Positions 1-12,440 of a DNA stretch of 64,000 nt are shown here, in pieces; position 1 is the stretch's first letter, and each line of letters starts with the position of its first letter. The position numbers and the translations under genes were made by a program. The notes under the pieces are model-generated. The model saw nothing but the letters and a program-made list of their open reading frames with translations. It was not told where the DNA came from and searched no databases. Source of the stretch: Octopus bimaculoides (Eukaryota); assembly GCF_001194135.2 (NCBI RefSeq), contig NC_068981.1:11795751-11859750 (forward strand), in the 5' to 3' direction.

Positions 1-100
1 TGCGAATGCGTACAATGGGCTTCTCTGCCCTAGGTGTACGGAAAACACTCGGCGAGTAGTGGAAGAAAATTTGAAGAAAGAAGAAAAAAAATAATAAAAA

Positions 101-160
<60 letters not shown>

Positions 161-176
161 AACTACTACTACTACT

Positions 177-241
<65 letters not shown>

Positions 242-260
242 TAATAATAATAACAATAAG
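101..260. repeat. Compound trinucleotide microsatellite (CTA)n-(TAA)n
   Basis: Directly visible; explains the poly-L/I/S ORFs 30..482 and 34..324. Confidence 0.97.
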
Positions 261-454
261 AACAACAACAATAGCAATAACAATAATTAGAGTAATCGAT
301 CTGCAAAAAAGTACAAACTCGTAGGATTCTTGACGTTTGAGGAAACTTATTAGCAGAACTGAAGGTATCATGTCTGCTAAATAATGAAGCATTTCATAGT
401 TATGTCCGCTTGTATTCACGTATAATTTATTATTGTCATTGTTGTTGTTGTTCA

Positions 455-1080
455 GGTGGTTGCCGGACAGAACCGTTAGCACGCAGGTCGACTTTACATT
501 TCATCTTTTCATGGTCGATGAAATAAGGACAATGGGGACGATATAATCGACCTACCCCTCACCCGATATTTCTGGTCTTATGCCAAAATTTGAAATCATC
601 AATGTCATTACTGTTATCATATACAATTCTGCCATCTCTCCGGCATAATCATCATTATCATTATAATGATTATGCTGGTGAGCTGGCGGAACTGCTAGCG
701 CGCCTGACAAAATGCTTAACGACATTTTGACAGTTTTTATGTGCTGACTCTAAATCACGCGGATCAGGGTCGATAGAATGGGTATCAGTCGTCATTGCAA
801 TCAATACAATCGACGAGCTCACTCCCCTTAAATTGCTAGCCCTTTACCAGAATTGGAAGTCATAATTACAGCTTTCTAGCAGAAATGTGGGTACGCGGGA
901 CAAATGGTTAGTAGTGTCTTTTTCCGCGTTTTACATCACAGCCACAAATGCCTCCAAGGTCGAGTTTGCCTTTTATCATTTTGGGGTCGATAAAATAATT
1001 ACCGGTCGAGCACTGGTGCCGAAGTAATCGACTAACCCCTTCTACTCACATTTGTTGGCCGTATCCCAAATTTAGACAGA
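455..1080 (+). mobile_element. Cluster of three decayed SINE family B copies
   Basis: Recurring motifs GTCGACTTT..TTTCATC, GGGTCGATAAAATAA and ATAATCGAC at ~490-560, ~770-820 and ~960-1035, matching the better copies at 32713-33120. Confidence 0.7.
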
Positions 1081-2388
1081 ATTATTGTCACTATCGACAC
1101 CATCGTCGTTGTCATCATCATAGTCATCAATATCGTCATTTCATCTTTTTTTTTTTGTTGCAAGAAGTAATTACGTGTGCTACCCGTTTGGATTTAAAAT
1201 ATATTGATTTTTCTTTTACAATTGGATTTTTTATTCTGTGTTCTGACATCTCATCCTGGCACATCGAAAGATGAAAAATATAGAAATAAATTTTCGATGT
1301 TTGATTTTTTCCTTCTTCTGGGGCCGAAGTTATTTCTAAATATAGTTCTTTTTCTTGTTTACACTTTCTGAATGCCGTTGTATGACATGGAGAGTGGCTC
1401 CCTCAAGGAAAACAAATTCAAAATGAAGGCAACTTCGCTGAAATAAAGAAGACAAGGCAAATTTTGAGCAAAACAAATGTAGCAAGACGCAGGCACTTTG
1501 AAACATGAAAATGAACGGACTTCTATGAATAACTGTACGATTGAGGATATAGCAATACTATTACCATGACTGCAACCACCACCGCCGCGGCCGCTGACTT
1601 TACTACTACCACCACCACTACCACCACCACCGCCACAGCTGACGTCACCTCCGCCAAAACCGGGAACAAAATAAAGCATGAAAACGTACACACACTAGCG
1701 TACACTTTGATTAGCATACGAAGTATGGTAGCAATACTACGATATTTCATACAGCGTGCTCTACCTACGAACGCTACCATACAAAAATATTCCGAATTGC
1801 GTTTATAGCAAAAGATGTATTTTTGGGTATCACTTGTCCCACAGATATTTTAGCCTAAAGTCAACTCCTGTAGAATGAGGAAGTGAGGAATTACGTGACA
1901 ATTTTGCATATCTTTCCATGCATAGAAGTGCAGTTCATGCAGTGTTGTTTTTGAATCCTGCGGCATGATGTACTGATGTATCTGTTTTGTTTACAAGGCG
2001 AAATGTGAGCCGAGGTGGGAGACTTGATTGAAACTAATGAGCGTAGGCGCCGAAATCTATATTTACATCAGCAAAAATTAAGTATCAAATTCAGACCTAT
2101 CATCAGTGTTTTTGAGTGATCCCTAGATTGATATCAGCGTTTGAGCACAACACGGCCTCACGCTGTAGGAATGTCGCCCAGTATTTGACATGTGTTTGCC
2201 AGGATCCACTACAGATATACAAAACTGATTAGCTCCTGTAACTACTGTACCATTCTGCTACTATCGCAGTCGTTTGTGCATAAACGAGAGCCAGAGAGTT
2301 GTAGTGCAGTGGAGAGACACGCGTGCTAAAAGTGTGCCGGCAAGAGTTGTCACCTGAAAAGTTATTGCCTTCATGAACTAGAAAATTA

Positions 2389-2523
<135 letters not shown>

Positions 2524-2929
2524 AATGGAGGGAGAAAAAAGGGAAAATTATGTTCACTGGGACAATCAGAAACATCAAGAATCCCAAATGGAAGGTATTC
2601 CAACTACTGGTTGTAATTCCACGGATATCTGGAAATTTGCTTCTCTAAAATCGTAGCGCCTCTAATATCATTGATGATCCGGGAGAGAAATGATAAACAA
2701 TTGTAAAGGAACATGAAGAACAGGCAGACAGAAGAAAATTGTGAACGAAACTAAAAGCTGTGTAAAACAACGGCGCCGGCATTTTAATTAAAACTAGTGG
2801 TTCACTGGCCCTAAAGCACCAGTCTTGTGGAGGATCAAATCTTAACTAAACAGAAGCTTACAGGGGAATCAGGCATCATTCCAGCAAAAGGCAATACCTA
2901 GATACATATCAAGTAAGGTAGAGGGCGAG

Positions 2930-3700
2930 AAGAGCAGTGACATGATAATTAACCTTTCCTGGACCTACGATAAATACATTACATCCCACTTGGAAGGATA
3001 CGTTTTCTCTATTCAGTAACGGAAAGTAAATAGTAAATACCTGATTAAGAAGAGGGGCAAAGATACCACCAAACCTCAACATTCTGATATAAAATATCGG
3101 TTTTGCCATACCGGTATAGTATATTTCAGATATCATCAGTAGCTGCATCAAATTGTCTACGCAATACTACCTGCCATTGAGGTATAATATACACGCAACG
3201 ACTATTTACAATGCTATCTGCAAAGACTATTTACATTGTTATCTGCAAAGACTATTTACATTGTTATCTGCAAAGACTATTTACATTGTTATCTGCTATT
3301 TACTATTGCTCGGACGAATATAGGAACGCCATATAAGAACCAGCTGGTATTTACACATTTAAAACAAACGAATTCTGATCGAACACTTCAATAAAACATC
3401 AATTTGGTGCAAATATAATAGACCTGATATTGTTCTGAGGATAGAGAACAAAAGTTATGCAATTTTGTGCAAGTCCGTTGCCCAGCGGATGTGAATCTAC
3501 ACTGAAATGTCCAGCAAAAACGAACATTTATGATACATTAGATTGGAAATTACAGCGCTAATACCCTGATTGTAAATTTACATTTGTATCGCCGATTTTA
3601 AATGCATGAAGTTATGTACAACAAATTAACACAAAAACCTAAATATGCTAGGTTTGTCGAAGAAAGCCAACTAAACTGACAAGCATTCACCAAATCCAAC
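2930..3700 (+). mobile_element. Decayed RLE-type (R4/Dong-like) non-LTR retrotransposon, C-terminal zinc knuckle + endonuclease region
   Basis: Hand translation across stops and frameshifts: DKYITSHLEGYVFSIQ (2969), RFCH...IISSCIKLSTQYYLPLRYN (CCHC-like knuckle, 3098-3190), RPDIVL (3420), CPADVN (3479), YPDCKFTF. These are typical of the C-terminus of RLE LINEs. Confidence 0.75.
3200..3296. repeat. 25-bp minisatellite GACTATTTACATTGTTATCTGCAAA, ~4 copies
   Basis: Units start at 3200, 3225, 3250 and 3275; directly visible. Confidence 0.95.
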
Positions 3701-4942
3701 CGATTAGTGGCACATGTTAAAATTCGTAAGACATTCCAAAGATTCTCCATCTGAGTTTCTTTAGTCGAGTTGACCCATGCACTTAAGCGTGTGTGTGTGT
3801 ATGTGAATGTGTGTGTGTATTCATCAACAGCTCAACCACATATTTACAAACAAAGGGAATTCTCTTAAATCAAAAGGTCTTGTCGCTTTTTCTGCGACCT
3901 GTTTGAACTCTCATAAGATAAACTTAAATGAAACTCATGAAAAAAAGACACATATATACGTACATTACATACATACATACATACATACATACATGCATAA
4001 GCATGTCTAGATATGCAACTATATGCATGAGAATGCATACATAAAACAAAGCTTACAAATCTGCACATATACATACATACGTACATACATACATACATAC
4101 ATACATACCGTTGTTGATGTTGAAATTCCAATGAAGGAGCCTTGGCTCTAGGTTAGAAACCGGCTCTTTCTCTGTTGGCAAGAGATATCGGAATAACACT
4201 GAATAATGATATACATACATACATATACTACATTCATATATGTCTTCCGTTTATATAGTAAATAGGTTGACGCTGATAAACTCAAGTGAGTGCAATTTAA
4301 TTTGCATTATCGAGTGTGAGATGGGAAAAAAATTAATCTAAATCTTTCAAAATATTTAAAATATTTCTGATCTTGGTCACAGATTCTTTTTAAACAATGT
4401 GAATAAAAATACGAAACACCATATTTAATAAGATGTAATTGAATTCAGCAACCATATATTTCTTTATACCTTATTTTTACGATCAGGTGATTTGAACTTT
4501 AAAATAAGATCTTTAACATGAAGAAGGAAAATTACCTTCGAACGCCATTCTGCATTTGTCACCACCATAACAGGCAATCTCCACTCACCTATTCTATTAT
4601 CTGATAGTAATAGTCTCATCTAATAACAATAAGCATGCAGTAGTACCTTGTATCAAGTAATCTTTCAATAACAGCTTTGACTACATTGAGATCTGTATCA
4701 GATCACGATAAAAATCCTTATCACAATCACCATCCAATGGTAACAGCGCCTAGATGCTGGCACGTGTTCAAGTATCCCGATTGCTATTCCTCTAATAAAA
4801 ATAATTTTAAGGATTTTTCCGGGTTTTTTTTCCGATACAGGTATTATTTCTTGGTAATATAAAGTCTAACGGTTTTATTAATTTCCCTGTTCCTGCTCGG
4901 TTTATAATCCAACCATCCATGCACTGTCAGCTATTGTAACAT

Positions 4943-4960
4943 ATGTCAGGGATTGAAAAG
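4943..4960 (+). CDS. Candidate first coding segment (MSGIEK) of a putative spliced gene
   Basis: Strong acceptor tttttttccgatacag|G at 4840; in-frame TAA at 4937 just before the ATG at 4943; optimal donor AAG|GTAAGC at 4961, phase 0. No homology evidence. Confidence 0.35.
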
Positions 4961-5114
4961 GTAAGCAGTGACGGTATCAGAAGAGAAAAAAAAAAACATG
5001 TCTGGATGTTATAGACGTTGATGTTGCTGGTAGAATTTTTCAAGTTATTTCGAAAATGAGAGTTGGGTATAGAATTCCTTGGGGAATTTAAAAGAGAATC
5101 AATTATAATATTGG

Positions 5115-5315
5115 TTTAACATTTTGGCATATGGCAAGCGATTTTGCGGGAGGGGGTTAAGCCGATTACATTGACCTCAACGCTTAACACTTTCTTATTC
5201 TATCAACTCTGAAAAGCGAACGAAAGGCAAGTCAACCTAATTTGAACTCCGAACATAAAGACCGACGAAATACTTCTAAACATTTTGCCCAGAGTGCAAA
5301 TGATTCTGCTAGCCT
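5115..5315 (-). mobile_element. Decayed SINE family B copy
   Basis: Reverse complement contains GGTTGACTTGCCTTTCG, GAGTTCAAATT (B box) and AGCAGAATCATTTGCAC (head). Confidence 0.7.
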
Positions 5316-6327
5316 TAGAGTCGATTCGTATTTTATTAATAGCGAATAGGAAAAGCAATTCGGTTAAGTGCACCCAAGACTTGCATAATAAGCTAAATAC
5401 ATGGCTAGTTAGTAATGATAGATAAATGTTACTTTTGTGTGACGTATGTTATTGGTGTGTCAGTATAGCAAATCATAAACTCTATACTGATGGTTGTGAC
5501 AAACGATTATAATCTGCGTTCATTTTTCGTATTATAATTCTTTAAAAATTTTGAGAGATTTTTAGATAAGAATCAGTAGTTAGACTGCGAATTGGATGCG
5601 TAAATGTGTTAAGTTTTTTAGAGTCTTAGAAAGTTTCCTTTGTAGTTTTGAGAATATATATTTAAGATGTGAAATACATCAGGTTGTGTGTATATGTATG
5701 TAGCCATTCAGAATTACATGATTGTACATATATATTTATACAAAAAAAACAACAAAAACACAGCCAGACACACACACTCATCTATACGTATCTATAAATA
5801 TCTATGTATGTATATACACACAGAGACAGATATATATATATATATATATATATANNNNNNNNNNNNNNNNNNNNNNNNNNNNNNNNNNNNNNNNNNNNNN
5901 NNNNNNNNNNNNNNNNNNNNNNNNNNNNNNNNNNNNNNNNNNNNNNNNNNNNNNNNNNNNNNNNNNNNNNNNNNNNNNNNNNNNNNNNATATATATATAT
6001 ATATATATATACATACATACCTACATGCATACATACATACATGTGAAACCCTGTCATCTCTTCAGCAATCCCACATGTCTCCTGTTTTGTTTAGTCCATT
6101 CTGGTTTTCTATAAGGTGTATCCTTATCTACGCATGAGTTCGCAACTGTATCTGTGCGTGTTTTTGTGTGCATGTGTGCGTGCGTGTGTGCATATGTGTG
6201 TGCATGTGTGTGTGTGTGTGTGCATGCGTGCATGTTTGTGTATGTAAGCGCGTTTAAGTTCATTGTGTTGTGTTTTGTCTGTGTGTATAAAAGAACACAT
6301 AGATATGATTTCACGCACGCACGCACG

Positions 6328-6369
<42 letters not shown>

Positions 6370-7076
6370 CCAACGCAAACGCCAGCGCAGAGGAGGATAC
6401 ATACCATAGAAAAACAGAATGGACTAAAGCGATAAGGAGACACGTGGGATGGAGAGTCGCTGAAGAAGTCACAAGTTGTGTAACGAAAGAAGTCCAGACA
6501 AAGGACCTAATCATGCACAACTTATACACACACGCACACACACATATAGACACACACATAAATGTTCATATATAACAAACAATAAGATATTATAATAAAA
6601 TATTAATATATTAAGATATATAATATCGGTGGCTACAGCTATTAAAACCGAAAAGTTAAAAATCAATAAATGAGGGTGCAGAGTAGCACCTACAATTGCT
6701 GGAAATGAGAGCCAAAATTTAACTCGTACAGCCAAACGAAAGCACTAACCTCATGAAATATTCGGGACTGCAAGCAGCAAGCCACAACATATTTCTTTGG
6801 CGCGATATACTCACAGAATGAAGTAGATTGTTAACCCCTTGTCACATGATTTCGAAATTTGATAAAAAAGAGTTTTATCTCGTCAGAGGTTTCCACAATT
6901 ACTCCGGGTTAAAAAAAATAGATTGCCACCCATTCGTTATGATGTACAGATTATGAAGTAAAGATTACGAAACGTTCCGTGATTCGATGATGTAGTTCAT
7001 TCATTCGTGACGTAGAGAAAAGAACTAATTACTGGGTTGGAACGAAATTTCAGACAACATTATTCACGTAATAGAT

Positions 7077-7455
7077 TGTTGTTGTTGCCACTCCGTCGCT
7101 TACGACGTCGAAGGTTCCAGTTGATCCGATCAACGGAACAGCCTGCTCGTGAAATTAACGTGCACTCCACAGACAGGTGTACCCTTAACGTAATTCTCAG
7201 AGAAATTCAGCGTGACACAGAGTGTCACAAGGCTGGCCTTTTGAATTACAGGCACAACAGAAACAGGAAATAAGAGTGAGAGAAAGTTGTGGTGGAAGAG
7301 TACGGCAGGGTTCGCCACCATCCCCTGCCGGAGCCTCGTGGAGTTTTAGGTGTTTTCGCTCAATAAACACTCACAACACCCGGTGTGGGAATCGAAACCG
7401 CGATCCTATGACCGCGAGACCCCTGCCCCAACCACTGGGCCATTGCACCTCCACA
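7077..7455 (-). mobile_element. tRNA-derived SINE family C, full length, (CAA)n tail, 12-bp TSD
   Basis: Minus-strand head GTGGAGGTGCAATGGCCCAGTGG (A box) ... GGTTTCGATTCCC (B box); TSD CACGTAATAGAT at 7065-7076 and 7456-7467; homologous to 21449, 27508 and 55983. Confidence 0.92.
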
Positions 7456-7788
7456 CACGTAATAGATAAATAGTAACAAAAGGGATCTGTGCTGTCTCAT
7501 TTGTAGTGTTTTGTCATTACTTACATAATTGATTTAAGACAGATGAATCCATATCTGCGGACACACACACGGCTTCAAATCATGCGTACGTGTATAAATA
7601 CATCTCGGCATAACCATGTAGACATATACATGTATATATATATGTATACATACACACACAGACATACACACACGTACCTTCATAAACGCGCGCACACACG
7701 CACGCACACATACACACACGTACGCACATAAACGCGTGCACACACACAAATACACACACACACACACATTCATGTTTTACCTTCTATA

Positions 7789-8200
7789 TTTTACTTGTTT
7801 CAGTCACTAGAACACGGCCATGCTGGGGCACCACCTTGAGTCTTTGTAGTCGAACGAATCTTCTCCAGTACTTATTTTAAAGCCTGGTACTTATTCTAGC
7901 CGTCCCTTTTGCTGAATTGCTAAGTGACGGGGACGTAAAGACACCAGCATTGGTTTTCAAGCGATGATGAGTGGACAAGCAGACACCAAGGCACATACAC
8001 ATATGGAAATATATACATTTATATATAGAGAGAGAAAAGGAAAGAATAAAAGAATAGTATATATACGACGGGCTTCTTTCAGTTTCAGTCGGCCAGAAGC
8101 TATAATAGAAGACACTTACCCAAGGTGCCACGCAGTGGGACTGAACTTGGAACCATGTAGTGGAGAATTAAGCTTCTTACCACAATGCCACACCTGCGCC
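7789..8200 (-). mobile_element. tRNA-derived SINE family A (CORE-like segment, internal CA/TA microsatellite)
   Basis: Minus-strand head GGCGCAGGTGTGGC...GGTTCCAAGTTCAGTCCC; CCTTGGGTAAGTGTCTTCTATTATAGC resembles the CORE domain; tail GGTGCCCCAGCATGGCC...TGACTGAAACAAGTAAAA. Six copies in the window. Confidence 0.88.
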
Positions 8201-9146
8201 AATGTTTGAAATTGTGTGTTTACTTGTTTATGATTATGAGAGAATGTGCTTGTGTATGTATGCATATAAGGGTGTGTATGTTTGTTTGTGCGTGTGTAGC
8301 CCGTAGTTATGTATATGATGGAATTATTACTCAAACTGAGATAAATAGATTTGATGATGATGGAAGTACCACACCGCATATAACAGAAGTGATATTCTTA
8401 CTATTTATGCTCCATTTATTTGCGTTTTAGATTGTGCAACATAGACTATGTTCTTATGATATAACTCAATGTAAAGACTGGCTTCGTATGCTAGAGATTG
8501 TATTGTTTATTTCTACATATTAGCAGATGTCTGTGTATTGGTATCTCTGTGCATAATGCCAATGAAGGAGTGAGAGGGGAGAGAAAGAAGCAGAGAAGCA
8601 ATGTGAAGAAGTGGCTACTAACTTCTCCTCCTGCATCTCCTCATTCGTCAGTACGAGTTTTTCGATAGAGGGACAAATGTAAATAGTGTAAGTGTGTGAG
8701 TGAGTTAGAAAGAAAAAGAGGAAGAGAGTGAAAGAAATAGATATAGACTAAATGAGAGGAACTATTACAGAGGGTGAGAGAGAATATGTGCGAGCGAAAG
8801 AAACAGAGAATAAGAAAAACACAGAGAGAAGAGAGAAAGAAACCGAAAGAGAAAACAAGTTTCTATAGAAGTTGAAAGAGAGAGGGATAGCGGGAGAGAG
8901 GTACGCTGATGTTTGATACTTTATGTGTGTTCTATAGGTGCAGGTGACAGAAATCCGGCTCAACGGGAGAGGGAAAGCGGGAGAGAAAGAGACGCTGATG
9001 CTTGATACTGTATGTATATGTGTGTATATGTTTGTGTGCGTGTGTGTATCTGTGTCTGTGTGTGCATGCTTGAAGATATTCGTGCAATTATCACTCATTT
9101 TTTTCATTTAATCCCCAATTTCATTTTCAAAATTTTTTCCAGAAAA

Positions 9147-9905
9147 ATGTTCTCACTGTCTACAAGAGCAAACGGAGTCGATGTAGAGGATCAACATTCT
9201 ACAGTGAAGCAAAGACGAATACAGGTAGCCAGCGTAAGGTCACCAGAGACCCCTTCACAACGGCAGCAAAAACATGAAAACGACCGAATGTGACCTGCTG
9301 CGCACAGGGTCAGTGAGTCACAAGAGGCAAGGGGAAAATGGTTAGAACACTTATGTCAACAAAATACAATCCGCAGGAGCCAAGATTAAAAAAAGAAATG
9401 AAAGAGAAAAACTTTTAAAGGATGCAAGACAAAACCAAACTGCCAGAGTTGCCAATGAGACAATAGGTCAGCGAGAGATGAGACAAAAATAGATAAATAA
9501 ATAGACACAGGAGCAAACCCGTTTCTGCAAGATTTCCCCAATCGTCAGAGGAAAGACGTAAGCGTCTTCATCAAGATAGGCTGAATGCGTTTGACAAATG
9601 AGTTGCTCTTTTTAAGGGGATTGGAAAAGATCAGCATTCAACTATGATCCAAAACATAATCATTCTACAGAGAAATTGATTGATATTGGAGCAATGTCAA
9701 AAGAGTGCAGTCTTTCTAAAGGAAAGAAATGGGAAAGAGAAACCACCACCATGTGTTGTGGTGGAGGAAAGGTTGGTTTGCCGACGTTTTGTACACCCTA
9801 CATATTCTGAAGGAATTGCTTTTGGGAAACACACCAAGGAGCATGCACTTCTTGAAAAAAATATAGGAATTATAATTCTGCTTTCCAAATGACCTCCTTT
9901 GATAA
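9147..9905 (+). mobile_element. Helitron RepHel N-terminal remnant (frameshifted)
   Basis: 9634-9810 translates AFNYDPKHNHSTEKLIDIGAMSKECSLSKGKKWERETTTMCCGGGKVGLP; a shifted frame gives NYNSAFQMTSF; upstream RSPETPSQRQQKHENDR repeats. This matches the animal Helitron N-terminal signature AFxYDP...IGxM..C...CCxGKV.LP...YNSAFQMTSF. Confidence 0.85.
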
Positions 9906-10177
9906 CAATATTATTGAATACTAAATAGTAAATTATTTTATTTACTAAAAAAATTCGAAAGCTATAGGTCTAACCGTTAAAAATACCAAAAAATACGAAA
10001 AAAGTTTTTATTTTTTCTTCCATTTGAATTGTTTTATTTTATGGTTGTCGGTCGCTTTTCACTGTCTTCTAGCGTGTAGAAATTGCCTTTGAAAGGAAAT
10101 TTCTCTTGTGTTTAAATGTACACTATTATATATATATATATATATATGTCTATATATACATGTGTGTGTGTCTATAT

Positions 10178-10212
<35 letters not shown>

Positions 10213-10361
10213 AATACCTGTTGTTCTGAGTATGTCATGTGAGTGCGTGTATGTATGAGTGGCTGTGTGCTATTATTTTTAAGCCTGTTTCAGAATGACA
10301 CAGAAATACTTAATCATGGTGTAACATCACAGTGAATATAAAGTAATATTTTAATTTGCAG

Positions 10362-10425
10362 GTTATTAAGCACTTTATTTTTCAAGCTGGTGGCTTATGC
10401 AACCTGCGCCACATTAAAAACTTCT
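10362..10425 (+). CDS. Candidate internal exon (VIKHFIFQAGGLCNLRHIKNF + 1 nt)
   Basis: Acceptor ttttaatttgcag|G, donor TCT|GTATGT; open in phase 0 to phase 1, compatible with both neighbouring candidate exons. Confidence 0.4.
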
Positions 10426-10784
10426 GTATGTAATAGAAAAAACGGAAGGAAATCTGATTACTAACAGGGAGTGTTTTGACAGTAATATAAAATTTGTATA
10501 TAAAAGAATCTAATCAATATAAACAAATAATTCGTTGGTTGAAGTCTGATAGAATTAGTTAATTATCAGAGAATAATTTTAAAATATAAACTGCAAAAGC
10601 AAGCAATGGAATAAACACGGGAAATATCGAAAATGAAAGAGAGTGTATATTATACAATATAGGAGAGTTTCAGACTTTAATTTATTTAGTCTATTTATGT
10701 ATCTGCCTGAACCGATTCTAAGTTCAGCTTCATGCATGACCAATTATTAGCTGGTGGTTGGTAACAGGGTTCTATTATGTAAAT

Positions 10785-11622
10785 TTGTATGCATGTATGT
10801 GTGTATGTATGTATGCATGTATGTATGTATGTATGCATGTATGTATGTACGTATGTATGTATGGATGGATTATGTATGTATGTATGTGTGTGTGTATGTA
10901 TGTATGTATGTATGTATGTATGTATGCATGTATGTATGTACGTATGTATGTATGGATGGATTATGTATGTATGTATGTGTGTGTGTATGTATGTATGTAT
11001 GTATGCATGTATGTATGTATGTATGTATGTGTNNNNNNNNNNNNNNNNNNNNNNNNNNNNNNNNNNNNNNNNNNNNNNNNNNNNNNNNNNNNNNNNNNNN
11101 NNNNNNNNNNNNNNNNNNNNNNNNNNNNNNNNNNNNNNNNNNNNNNNNNNNNNNNNNNNNNNNNNNNNNNNNNNNNNNNNNNNNNNNNNNNNNNNNNNNN
11201 NNNNNNNNNNNNNNNNNNNNNNNNNNNNNNNNNNNNNNNNNNNNNNNNNNNNNNNNNNNNNNNNNNNNNNNNNNNNNNNNNNNNNNNNNNNNNNNNNNNN
11301 NNNNNNNNNNNNNNNNNNNNNNNNNNNNNNNNNNNNNNNNNNNNNNNNNNNNNNNNNNNNNNNNNNNNNNNNNNNNNNNNNNNNNNNNNNNNNNNNNNNN
11401 NNNNNNNNNNNNNNNNNNNNNNNNNNNNNNNNNNNNNNNNNNNNNNNNNNNNNNATATATACACATACATACATACATACATACATACATACATGCATAC
11501 ATACATACATACACACACACATACATACATACATAATCCATCCATACATACATACGTACATACATACATACATACATGCATACATACATGCATACATACA
11601 TGCATACATACATACATACATA
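10785..11622. repeat. (TATG)n satellite with ~65-bp higher-order unit, interrupted by an N gap
   Basis: The unit containing TACGTATG..TGGATGGATTATG..GTGTGTGTG recurs; the right side of the gap is the reverse complement of the left side. Confidence 0.95.
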
Positions 11623-12440
11623 CATGCTGGGGCACCACCGTTTGCTACACTCTTATTATTGAGAGCCTCCGATATGTGGCATTTGGGGAATAAGGGAGTT
11701 TGATATCGCTACCCTCATTTGCACCTCATTCCGTGAGGTAGGGTTATCTGGGACTCTCGCCAGAAAAGAATCCAGTTTCAATTTGAAAATACCTACATCC
11801 ACTTTGTGTCGGTGCCTCAGGCTCTTTGGGAGAATATAAAAAACTTTGGACCCCTGAAACCCAGGCTGTTGCAGTAACTGGTCGTGAAGCACGGCGCCAT
11901 TTTTGGGATCTTTGGCACTGTGCAGTGGTGACCCATTCTGACATCTGTGTAGTTTCAAATGCCAAAATTTGGCACACTCCCTTTCAGGGTCTTCCAGATG
12001 TGTATTACAGCATGTCTCTCCCGCCTTCGTAGCAGGGAGTAAAGTCTTACCCGCTTCATCCTTTCGCATTAACTGAGTTGTTGCAATGAGACAATCGTCT
12101 TTGTGAAGCTTCGCTGGATTGCTTTTAATTTTACACTGTTAATTTTACACCGTGGGAGACGATAGCTGGGATGGGTATTCCAGGCGGCTGAGCACGAATG
12201 TCCCTCAGGGGACCATCATGGTTCCGTTCCCACTGGTTTTGAAGGTTCTATGGATCCAGCGAGCCAGCTAGCCATCTGCACGTTATCGTCATCTTGGTAC
12301 TGTGCACTTGGAATGATGTATCATCTCGTATCAATATCCAGGTGACGCACTGATTTAGGTTCTCGGATTGTCATCCTCTGTAGGCCAGTGTTCCCTGTAA
12401 GTTTTATGTTCAGTTTTGGGCGCTTGTAGCGGAGGGCTTG
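11623..12440 (-). mobile_element. CR1/L2-type LINE 3' fragment (RT C-terminus + 3' UTR)
   Basis: Minus-strand translation over frameshifts: QALRYKRPKL..EPKSVRHLDID, DDTSFQVHSTKMT, WIHRTFKT..TMMV*GTFVLSRLEYPSQLSSP, and ORF 11656..12069 ending FKLKLDSFLARVPDNPTSRNEVQMRVAISNSLIPQM. Confidence 0.85.

Noticed and set aside
30-482. Long ORFs with poly-I/L/S, and similar poly-M/H/P/N/Y ORFs at 24569-25346, 26498-27013, 39135-39452 and 40668-40862
   Set aside because: These are translations of trinucleotide microsatellites with no domain content.
3200-3296. Regularly spaced 25-bp repeats as a possible CRISPR array
   Set aside because: The units are contiguous with no spacers, in a eukaryotic context.
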